From Tubulanus polymorphus (taxonomy: Eukaryota > Animalia > Nemertea): 64,000 nt of DNA. Of this stretch, positions 14,201-24,400 are shown one piece after another. The notes below the pieces were generated by a model that searched no databases, had not been told where the DNA came from, and saw only the letters and a list, made by a program, of their open reading frames with translations. The stretch is from NCBI RefSeq assembly GCF_964204645.1, contig NC_134025.1, positions 23,602,299 to 23,666,298 on the forward strand. Reading direction: 5' to 3'. The position numbers and the translations under genes were made by a program. Numbering within the stretch: the stretch's first letter is position 1; each line of letters starts with the position of its first letter.

Positions 14201-14531
14201 AATGAAGGATTGTACCATCATCATTAACATCGCTATTCAAAAGCGCATCCCGATCAAATAAATCCGGATTTGTCTCAGTAGCTGAAATAATAACAAAAAT
14301 ATTTGGCCATGAGAACATCTACAAAAACAAACGGATGAAATACTCCAAGGCTATAGGTAATACTAGTAGAGATATTGCTAATATAGACTTTATTTGAATT
14401 GGATTTATTCATCATCGTGTAATTTGTCTCTCACTCTTACAATAATTGCTCAGAAGATTGGCGATTATATCGGCTCGTCCAGATTCGACAGCTGTCGTTA
14501 AGCTGTCAGCCAGTTCCTTGTCCATTTTCAT
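8251..14531 (-). CDS. Ankyrin-repeat protein fused to a GH20 beta-hexosaminidase-like region (domain 2 plus TIM barrel), multi-exon
   Basis: N-terminal ankyrin repeats (GTILHLASK, NTPLHWAAS, GSTALHDAV). Then LWPTPQ and PEGYSLSV (GH20 domain 2), DHPALPVRGVLLDLSKGRLPT, MEYGFQADY, FMVCPGTSAWNSLAG and LLCNWSGIGH, which follow the HEXDC-like/bacterial GH20 barrel order. ATG at 14531 or 14525; TAG at 8253-8251. Confidence 0.85.
12977..13152. mobile_element. Intronic MITE with CAGGG-type TIRs (hAT-like)
   Basis: CAGGGGTCAGATTG ... CAATCTGACCCTTG terminal inverted repeat (13/14 match). No clear TSD. Confidence 0.55.
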
Positions 14532-14577
14532 CAGGAAAGTGGCAGAAATCTAAAATCCACCGGCAACGAACGTGGAC

Positions 14578-14586
14578 CCGGAAGTA
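14578..14586. promoter_or_regulatory. ETS/GABP-type motif CCGGAAGT just upstream of the ankyrin-GH20 start
   Basis: Exact CCGGAAGT about 50 bp upstream of the ATG, typical of TATA-less housekeeping promoters. Confidence 0.4.
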
Positions 14587-14626
14587 TAGCAGCTGTCATC
14601 TAAACGCACTAATTACCGACGTACAC

Positions 14627-14797
14627 CTGGGGCGTACTCTTTTATGACCTCCGAAGTCTCCGGTTCGCTCCACACAAAATCCGAATCACACCACCTCGAC
14701 AGAAAGGTTTCGGAGACTCCAAAAAGTCACGTGACCAATAAAAGAGTACGATTGTAGGCAAACGGATTCTCCGATCCGATAAAAGAGTTCGCCCCTG
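14627..14797. mobile_element. MITE-like palindromic element in the ankyrin-GH20 promoter region
   Basis: CTGGGGCGTACTCTTTTAT versus ATAAAAGAGTTCGCCCCTG (17/19 inverted match), with an internal third copy TAAAAGAGTACG. Confidence 0.6.
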
Positions 14798-15473
14798 TGT
14801 GCAAAATATTTTTACACACGCGCATCATGATGAATTCAGGTTCGAATCTTGGCCAAACTCAAGATTTGAGTCAGTTAAGTTCTTCCGGATTCACATTTCA
14901 CTAAATAATAGGAATAAAATCCATAATAATATAAAAACAAAAATCCACTATTGATATCATGGGTTATTTATTATGCCATATGGTGGAATAAAACAACAAT
15001 ACCACAATTCCATGTATAAATTTATATAATTTGATATTGTAATATAACATACATATATAAACAAAACAAAATTGCTATTCACTACAAAATAAATAAATAC
15101 AGGCTCTAGATGCACTGAAACTCTAATAGGGTATCTATCCAAATTTCTAATATCTTAGAAACATTGAGAGTGGATGGTTTTGAAGATATTGATGTGACTG
15201 AATAAAAAGACAATGTAATTGTGACCTTAAGCAAGAAAAAAAATTCCATTTAATAACTATGCGACTTGGATAACTGTAGCTTAAGTAACCGTCTAGCTTC
15301 ATTCTTTGTATTCAGTTTGCACATTAATTGCTTCTGAAAGATGGAATAAAGGCCTAATAGCAATAATACAGGCAACTAAATTAATGAGATTCTCAAGTGT
15401 ACAAAAAGCCAAGTTAAAATAAACCAAACAGCTCATAGTTAGTTATAAATAGATCCAAATATTAGATGTGTTA

Positions 15474-15733
15474 CAGGGTCCAATCTAAGGAATAAAAACC
15501 ACTTGCCCGGAGCCAAGCATATCTGAAATCTTACTTGCCCTCTCAAAAATCTACTTGCCCTTTCAAGAATCTACTTGCTCTACACAAGCAGTGCAACTGT
15601 TGTATCGATTGGGAAAAAGCTTTGAGACATTTAAATGCACCAGCCCGGTGGACAAGTGATAATGAGAACCTACTAGCTCTAATGATAATATACTTGTCCC
15701 GGGCAATCGGACAAGTGCTTTGATCGGACCCTG
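15474..15733. mobile_element. MITE with CAGGGTCC TIRs and internal ACTTGCCC subrepeats
   Basis: CAGGGTCCAATCTAAG ... CTTTGATCGGACCCTG. Repeated TACTTGCCC / GGACAAGT subterminal motifs. Confidence 0.65.
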
Positions 15734-15864
15734 ATTTAATCATCATAGAATCTCTCGATCACCAGTTTCACAACTAATAATACCAGTCTTTTCTGCAGTA
15801 TACAGAGGAATGAATTATAATTCATCGGGTACAGTGAATTTTGTATATTTTTCGAGGAGGAATG

Positions 15865-17139
15865 TCACAATCGCGGAGAATTTTTCGCTTGCAGACGAGA
15901 TCCCGAAGTCGTTATGTTGTTCCTCTTTAAACTCAATCTTAACAAAAAGTTAAGAATCATAACAATACCTGTAAATACTGGCCAAACAACTCAAAACCGA
16001 CTTAAATCCAGAACACGTTCAAGAGATTTAAAAGGATACATCGAATCATTCAGTTCCTTGAGCTGGAAAATAAGAAGTGATTTACCTAGAATCATGGGTC
16101 TATTTTTCATATAATTGAGATCAAGCTGATCTAGTTCTTCGCACTGAAATAAGCAGTTCCTTACCTTATCCATGAGCTTATCTATATTCTTATTTGAAGT
16201 CTCACCGGAATTTGCATCCTTTTCTGGTCTAGTAATAGAAAATCCGTACAATTGTTGTTAAAATACGGTACTCATAAAGGGAAAATGCAGTGAACCACAA
16301 GTCTCCAGTTAGCAAAAAATAATGAACATACCCAGAAATATCCTGTTGAGTATCAATTTCAAAATGCAGTTTTGCTAATCTCTCCTGTTGTTCTCTGATG
16401 CTGTCCATTTTTTCAAAAGTACAATCTTGCCCTAATCAAACAAAAAATTAATGTTAAACAAGCTGACACGGCAATAACAAGTGGTAACCTGGATTCAGAA
16501 CTCACCAAATGCTTGAAGTTTTCCCGAATGGAAATCATCGAGAAGCTGAAGCAAACCCTGTTCCATTTCGCGTACATCTGCTACATCAGTTAGGAATGTG
16601 TGCTCTTTGCAGGGGCGATTGCTGCCGCCACTATCAACGTGTTTACCTGGAAAAACAATCAGATATTTCGGATAATTATTCATAAAGTATGAACGTTTGT
16701 CAAACCATATGTTGCAGGCTTGAAACATACACAGGCTTGAAATGAAATTTTTTTCTGCAATTCTGGGTAGACAAATCCGATATCAGATGATTATAGCAGT
16801 AAACATGAATATGACTCTATGAGAAATTAAAAGGGCATCGTCTGCCTGCCAAAGACATCCTTAGACAGCATTTAATAGAACAAGAGCTTGTCTACTTGAG
16901 CATGTATTTCAATTTTTAAATTTTCGCAAGCTATGTTCAATACCATGATTAGGGAAACTGTAGTTTCAACCATTACCTGAACTCAAATGATGATGTTGCC
17001 TCTGCAAACTGCCATGAGATGATTTTCTACTTGAAAGGCCTGGTTTGGGATGACCGGGAGACTGCGCTTTCAGATCACTGTTACCACTAGTGTTTGTGCC
17101 ATGCCATGGAGATCGAGATACAGAGGGATGTGTTTCCAT
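15865..17139 (-). CDS. CCDC28: Coiled-coil domain-containing protein 28 (exons approx. 17139-16977, 16647-16506, 16432-16331, 16226-16166, 16062-16040, 15937-15865)
   Basis: KEHTFLTDVADVREMEQGLLQLLDDFHSGKLQAFG...EKMDSIREQQERLAKLHFEID is the diagnostic CCDC28A/B core. Confidence 0.92.
15938..16039 (-). other. U12-type (minor spliceosome) GT-AG intron, last intron of CCDC28
   Basis: 5' splice site GTATCCTTTT. Branch-site-like TTCTTAAC (15956-15949) about 10 nt before an AAG acceptor. Splicing keeps the frame (NDSI-LSLK). Confidence 0.85.
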
Positions 17140-17638
17140 AATTTCTTTCTTCGATGATCAAATTCAGCTTAAATCTTAATGCTACAAAACAGTAAAACAC
17201 TATTACTCGGCGCAATTAGAAATAACATTTCCCTAATATGTGTTCCTAGTCTAGCTCTAAAACCTTTGCCTAACCCTAAAATCTTTATACCCTAATTGTT
17301 AAAACTAATTTTTTTCTAATCAAATTTAATCATTAGGTCAGCAACATAGCGTTTAGTGGAATATATGCCTTATTTGCAAAGAATCGACCCCTCAATTTAA
17401 AATTATGATTTAATCTTCATTATCTTAAGTATGACATTGCAGGATAAGTGTCACCAGGGTCACATGACATAATGAAGCCGTTGGGCTGGGAATGGGTTAG
17501 AAACAGGGGCCAAGGGAGATTGGGAGGATGGACCACCACTACTTATTCGTCCTGTATCAATAAGCTTAAGGCATTGTTTCCAAGAACCCGTAAACGACTG
17601 GTATTCAGAGACTCGACCAGCGCACACAGGGCCCAGCC

Positions 17639-17706
17639 TAGTCTGAATAAACCAGGCAATGTACGGGTTCCCCGATGTTTGGGAACAATGGCTAGATACT
17701 CGACTA
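17639..17706. mobile_element. 68-bp palindromic micro-element TAGTC...GACTA flanked by a 9-bp direct repeat GGCCCAGCC
   Basis: GGCCCAGCC at 17630-17638 and 17707-17715 flanks the element exactly. An inverted related copy lies at about 17570-17613. Confidence 0.55.
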
Positions 17707-17948
17707 GGCCCAGCCAGGAGAACGGTTGTCATAATTTACGCGCCCAGCAAGCAGCGACTCGTACAGCATACACAGGAGAGCGGGGTCTTCTTATCTTTTC
17801 AGGTCTGAGTGAGAACAAATTCAATGTTTTCTGTATTCTAGAAAGTCAAGAACAATGTCGAATACAACATGCATTTACAGAAATTTAACATACCAAGCTC
17901 AAAAAGTAGTAGAGGTTCCACTTCTGTTTGACATTTTCAATAATTATC

Positions 17949-17994
17949 CCGCCAGATGTCGCCCTGTCAGATAATATAAGGCGCCACCTACTGG
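17949..17994. promoter_or_regulatory. Pair of convergent CTCF-like motifs
   Basis: CCGCCAGATGTCGC (+, 17949-17962) and CCAGTAGGTGGCGC (-, 17994-17981), both fitting the CTCF core CCASYAGRKGGCRS (the first has mismatches). Confidence 0.55.
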
Positions 17995-18249
17995 CTAAAA
18001 AAACTGTATACATTTACAAAGTTCTTTGCTAAATGCGCATTGTACAAACAAGAGACCGAGAATATTTTTCAATACGCAAATCTACCCTTCTTTGCTATCC
18101 TATGATGTGGTTGACGTCCACTGCGAAGAATTGAACAAAGCAGAGTAATCTAAATCAAAACTTTCAAGTTGCGAAGTTTTTCACTTGTTAGTTGGAGCTA
18201 AGACGAAAATGATTTGACGAAACGTCGTGTAATTAAGAAATTGCGATTT

Positions 18250-18487
18250 ACCTCTTGAGACCGCGGCATTTGATCAACCTCGATGTTAGGTAGTTGCTTT
18301 GTGTATGTTTAATGAGAATGTACTTTTGATAAGATTTACGTTCATTTTGAAGGGAAATTATCGCCTTGTTGCGGAAGATATATCGGGTACAGCTTCTGCG
18401 TTTTCGATGTTTCCAAAGATGGCGCCGATGAAAAAGCAGGCATGTGCGCGGAATTAGCCTGTAAAATATACCAACACAAGCGTCACA
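18250..18487. promoter_or_regulatory. Probable bidirectional promoter for CCDC28 (-) and UTP20 (+)
   Basis: Head-to-head arrangement. YY1-type AAGATGGCG at about 18416-18424. Minus-strand donor GAG|GTAAAT near 18251 suggests a non-coding first exon of CCDC28. Confidence 0.45.
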
Positions 18488-21400
18488 ATGCGTAACAAGT
18501 CTTCGAATCACAAAGAACAGAATACGTTTAAGGTACCGGTACCGCAGAATCAAAATAGACGTGGCGTAGAATTATCTTTCAGTAATCATTTGAAAAGAAT
18601 GAAGATAAAACTTCTAAACAGTTTCAAATTCAATTCAACGAAGAACTTAAACAGTGCGATGTTGCGGGAGTCAACAGGTATAACATTGATGCGTTTGAAT
18701 TGAGCATCACGGCAGCAATTCACTTTGGTAATAAAATGCATTCTCATGACCTCAGAGGGTTTCCGTTGTTTTTCTGACTTAAAATACTGAGAAAACTTGA
18801 ACTTCCATCCCACCCACGGCCACACAGCACAAATGCTTCCATGACCAGAGGCGGGCATGCAACAGGATTTTTTCAGCAGAATACTTCTCCAAAATATTCT
18901 TTGAGAAAATTACTACTACAGACTTTGTTTTTGCACGGTACATGAAATGATAGTTTCCATGGGGTATGAAACTGAAAGGTTAAAAAGGCTTCAATATTAA
19001 AACTATATTGTTAGGGCCCAAAAAGATGACAGACCTCTATAATGATTTTTTTCTGGGGCCCCCTGGAATTTTCACGTCAGGATTCTGGGAACTCAGCCTC
19101 AGACTTGGAACTAACATGCAACAACTTTTATGGACATGCAATGTTTCAACAGTTAATTTGTTGTTTCGTTTTTTAGTTTCAGACGTTCACTGATCGGATT
19201 GCGAGTATCAATGTTGATGTTATCCGCAGGATAGGCAAACGTACAGAAACTCCTGAGGTAAAATTATTAAGCCACTTGCATGAGATTGGCTGCTGGATTG
19301 TACATTGTCTCCAGTTCCAGTTAGATTCAACTCTTGAGTTGAAATGAATTCATCTTAAGTTAGTCGAATGAATTCCTAACTCAGAACTATGGAACTGAAC
19401 CCCTGACTCTCTTGTATTTCAGGATGCAGATACATTTTTCAGCGAGAACCTTCAAAAATGGATCGATTTGAATTGCACTCAACACTTTAGTAAGTGATCG
19501 GATTTATTCAGTGCGTTTATATTCACATAACTTGAAAGCTAAGACACTTCCTAAAGGCCTGTAGAATCAGTTTGTTGTAGCTTGATTGTTGATCAGTTTC
19601 TTTCATTTCCAGCGACCTTCCGCAAAGAGATATCTAGTCAAGTCCAAAGTCTACCTCAACTTCTGTTCCACGAGGTGATTCAAGAAAACAAGCAGAAAAT
19701 TCAACTGCATTATTGAACCAGTAATGGAATAATCGATATTTTAACTATTTTCAGGCAACTATTGCAGAGGCTTTAAAAAGACATCTGCAGGTTCCAGAAT
19801 CTTTGGCATTAGAGCCCCTTCTTGAGTAAGTAAAGGAAAAACATGAATTATTACCTTTCTCTGTTAGAAATAATGAAATTTATTTAACTTTCCCATGTTG
19901 CATTGGAACCTGATTTAGTCAGAGATGGAAAATTCACTTATGATACCAAACTAGTATATATCAAGACAAAAATAATGAGGTATATGTAGTCATACGGTGC
20001 TTTTAACCCAATTATTGCTTTGATTTCAGTCTTACAGTGCATCTAGCTCGCGATTTACAGCAAGACTTCTACCCAAAATTTGCCAGCTTCTTTCAAATTA
20101 TTATTGGGCTTTTAGAAAAACACCATAAAAATGCGGAAGTATTGGAACAGCTTTTTACAACGCTGTCGTATCTGTTCAAATTCCAGTGGAGATATATGAC
20201 ATCGGATATAAAAACAATATTTAGGTGAGTATGGAAATATAATTGGACATTAGAATAGATGATTGTGACATTCACATTCATTAGTCAGACTACATGAAAC
20301 CCTATGTTGGCCTCCATTGACGCTTGTGACTATATGAAACCCTGTTTTTGCCTGCTTTGTAGCTTATATCTGCCACTATTGGATGGAGACAAGAAACACT
20401 ACATTCGTCGCTTTGCCGCTGAGAGTTTTGGATTTCTTGTGCGCAAAGTAAGATATGGATTTTGAGACGTGTTTGCTATGAAAATTGACAAGGCAAGTGA
20501 AGAAGAAAAATATTGATTCCTGTATTTCCAATTTCAGTGCAGAGACCAGGATGAATTTTTCTTGTACATATTGAAATGTATAGAAGAAAACAAATCAGTA
20601 AGTTTCCCCTGAATCCAAATTGTACTGAAAAAAATGAATTGTAGAATTTTTGTAGCTTAAAACTATTCTTGATTTTCAGTTAGTGGATGGTATCGGTCGA
20701 GTGATATTTGAAGTGGTGAAAGGAGTAAAAGAAAAATTGCATAGCAACGCGGAAACTGTTAGTATCAGCCTTTCTGTTTTCCCCAGTGGTTAGGAGTTAA
20801 TTGCTGTGATTTGATTTCTTGAACATTTCTCACCTAGGTTTTGAAGTTATTGCTATCAAGGCTGAAGCCATCAACTGAATATTCTCCTGATTTGGCGTAT
20901 GAATTGCTTGAAGTGACTTTACAGTGTATTCTAGAACATACCACAAAAGATAATTTGGCTATTGTTTGGAAAGTGGTGCAGGTATGATGAGCATTACAAA
21001 TCTTCTGGTCAGTATTGCGCAGTGTAGCAAACTATGTTTCATCGTTCTTTCAATTCTTACAGAATTGCGTCGAAAGTCAGCACGAGGTTCATGAGAAAGC
21101 GCGAGGAAATAAACGCATCGAACAAGGCCAATATAAACACAGATTGCTGCAAGTGCTGCTGTTACTAGTCTCTCATAAAGATGGCGTCGTTATTTATGAC
21201 GTGGAATCATTGTGCATCGTAAGTTCAGGAATTATGCTGAAGAATGATTATCGCACCTAGTTCTCGGTAGTTAAACATTGAATTAATCAATGGAATTATT
21301 TGATTTGTGCTAGTTGTTGGTGAAGTTGCTACAAGGCGATCATCAAGATTATGAAGTCACTGACGTTCTTTTCAATGTAGTGTCTAGTTTATTAATGTCA

Positions 21401-24400
21401 CCTCATTGCAAGCTCTCTATTACTGATATTCCGAAGCTCATTTCATTAGTAAGTTTTGTACATTCTTTTAAAACCCCTTTGTATGCGATGACTTAGTTAA
21501 AATTGATAGTGCTCGTTTCTAACTCGTTCAGGTGTTCAAGGCAAAATGTTCTCGTCATTTACAAATCGCATTTACTGGCCGAATGTTTTCGATGAACATG
21601 TTCGAGAAGGATATGTTACCACCGCTGCTTAATTTCTGTCACACGATCATCAGCGCGAAAGATGAGGAAGCCCACATCGATGTTTTAGCCCTTGTGACCG
21701 AGCTCCTGTTGTTGAAAGCTCCGTTACATGTGGATAGTTCTACGTTGGATACCTTTCACTCTTACATGCTTGATTTTAGCGTCGTTCAAAAAGGGTAAGT
21801 TCATCTGAACATCCGATAAACTGGATGCATTTGATTTTGATTACAAAATGACTCGCGTGAATTGATTGTAATTCTTCATTTGTTTGTCGTCGATGGGTGG
21901 TCATTTAGTCCCATGAAGAACGTGTTATTATCATGACTAGATGCACACTCATCGCTGACTTGCAAAACTTGCTGCAGATAAAAAGTATATGATGTTGGTT
22001 GTTAAACTTAACTAGCTTTTGATACGGTATTTTGCTTCTTATTCATGGATTAAGTATGTTTTGATGTATTGATGTTGTCAATGGATGGGTGAATGTCTTG
22101 TCCATGTCCACGTAGAAAGCATGACTAGATATACACTCATCCCCTTACAATATTCTAACCTTCATTTCATTGCCTGTTTCTTGCGATAGGAGTTACGTTG
22201 TATTCTGAGTGCTCCACATATTGGCTGAATTTATGGTTACGATGATGGGTATTCATCTAGAGCTTGTGGCGTATGTTTCATGACTAGATGTATACTCATC
22301 CTTGTTATCGTAAGAAATCTACTCGACTGGAAAATGCTTATTGTGTGAATGCGGTTTGAGATAGATGTGTACCTCGCTAGTCTATGTAGTGATCGTTTCA
22401 TGACTAGAAAGTTACTCATCTATGTCGAACTGAAAGAAACGCTGGAAGGAAGGTACTCGGCCAGAACTGCATTACCGATTCTTGCCTTAGATGAATGTCT
22501 ATCTAGTCCATGTTCTAAGATTTCATGACTAGATGAACACTCATCCCGGGCATGAATCCCCATCGTTGGTCGACCTTTGAAAATTCCTTCAAATCTCTTC
22601 AACGATGAAATTGTCGTATGTGCTGGGTTTATGTCTAGTCCATGCTTTATCGAACACATGACTAGATGTATACTCATCTCGTAAGGCTATTATAAACGGC
22701 TAATGATTTGATCGTTTATTAAGGCGCTCAGTGCGATGAATGTTTGTCTCGTCCATGAATCAAAATGACATGACTAGATATACACTCATCTCTTATGTCC
22801 CGCCATAATCAACAGTGGTGAAAGAATAGAAAGGATTTCGTACTTCTCTGTCCAGATCTGCTCATAGCTTTGATTTATTTAGACTCTTTTGATACTTTGA
22901 ATTACAGTTCATTTGAATATTTCAGGATAGTGCGTCGTGCGCGTACATTTCCGTCATACATTCTGTCAGTAATCGATGAATGTAATCTCGATCAGCCGCT
23001 GAATATCTGGGCTGCACTTGTCTGTTTGCCTCATATCCGTCCTATCGATGATAAACAATATAACGAAGCCGTGTCAACTGCAATAGATAAGTTGCTAACT
23101 TCTCTTGAGACTACACCCGAGTCAACTGAAGGTATTTGAGTTGTTTATTATGTTCCTTTAAAGGTGTATAATTTTGGCCTATGATATTCCATTATATGGT
23201 ATTGTATGGTTTAGTAAACAGGCAAAATGTGTGAAATAAAAGTTAGTAACTATAGTTTTAATGAATATTCACGAGTTTTTGGATTTCACGCTTTTACATT
23301 TTAGATGTCAAAGAGGCATTATTATTTCAAGCTATCCATTGTCAAATGTGTAAACAATGTCCTGGAGAATTCTATAGTTCGATTGAGTTTTTACGCCTAT
23401 TAGATTGGCTTAAGTATGTCTGCAGATATTGCGAATTTAATAATCCAACTCAACATACGGTGTTCCAAAAATTGAAATTCTTACATTCATTTATGTTGCA
23501 GGAGAAATCCCACGTCAGAACATGCTCTGAGAAGTTTTGATATCTATCTGTATTATACCGTTACGAATGGACATGAAGAGAATATCAGTAATGAAACATT
23601 CCAAGATGTTTATTCCATATTGAAATGGAATCTAGCATCATCTAGTCACCAAGTAAATATGATATTATATATTTGATGGATATCTAGACTTATCGTTAAC
23701 TCGTCGGTTTTCTGATGTATGTCCTTGGTACGTTTAGGTGCGTTTGATGTCGTTGCGAATTTTATCCCAGTTTCCTCTACGCTACCCAACACTAGAAGAT
23801 CAGGGCGCTGAACAGCTCGGTGTATTTCGTATATGCCTAGAAGCAGAACTAGTACCGCTGACAGTGCACCACTATCGCACTAAATTGATGTACCTGCAAA
23901 AACTAGAATGTAACATTGTTTACATTAATCTTCCAGTTATTGAGGGAAACTATATGGAGGTAACTTATACGAAAGATATTTGCTGAAATATGAATTAACT
24001 GATCAGTTTTCCTTTGAATGTTTGAAAAAGAGATTCTTTGCTAAATGTACTATAATTTTCCTATTTTTCAGGCTCCACTTCTTTTCTTGCTTGGTAATTT
24101 GTATATCAATTTTACCTTGATATGGCAACCAATAAGCAATTTGATTGCGTCATACTCGGAAGGAATGGACAGAGCACCATTCTGGAAGTTATTTGCCCAA
24201 CAACTCAAAAAAGCTACTGATATTGCAGGTAATAAAACAGATCAGATCACAGCTACCCTTTATTTACGCACAAAGTTTCCCTAATAAACTAAGTTCGAGT
24301 TAAAAATGTTTTGATCTTATAACCAGCACTTTTAATGGAATTCATATTTTGGGACCAAGATGTAGACTATGATTAAGGCAAGTTTCTCAGGCAAATTGAT

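Noticed and set aside
17250-17822. Possible telomerase RNA: CCTAACCCTAA template-like 11-mer at 17269-17279, a U-rich pseudoknot-like pairing, long stems and a terminal ACA
   Set aside because: The putative pseudoknot is almost all A/T and could arise by chance, there is no convincing P6.1, and the stems are better explained by inverted micro-elements with a 9-bp TSD. It would also lie antisense in a CCDC28 intron with no visible promoter. An Infernal search with metazoan telomerase RNA models would settle it.
20288-20354. Roughly 26-bp tandem duplication in a UTP20 intron (GACTACATGAAACCCT...)
   Set aside because: Simple local duplication with no hairpin or snoRNA boxes.
21888-22797. CRISPR-like repeat-spacer appearance of the CATGACTAGA...ACTCATC array
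   Set aside because: Eukaryotic intron, variable 112-188 nt spacing, no cas genes, and each repeat has its own complementary arm and matches miR-279.
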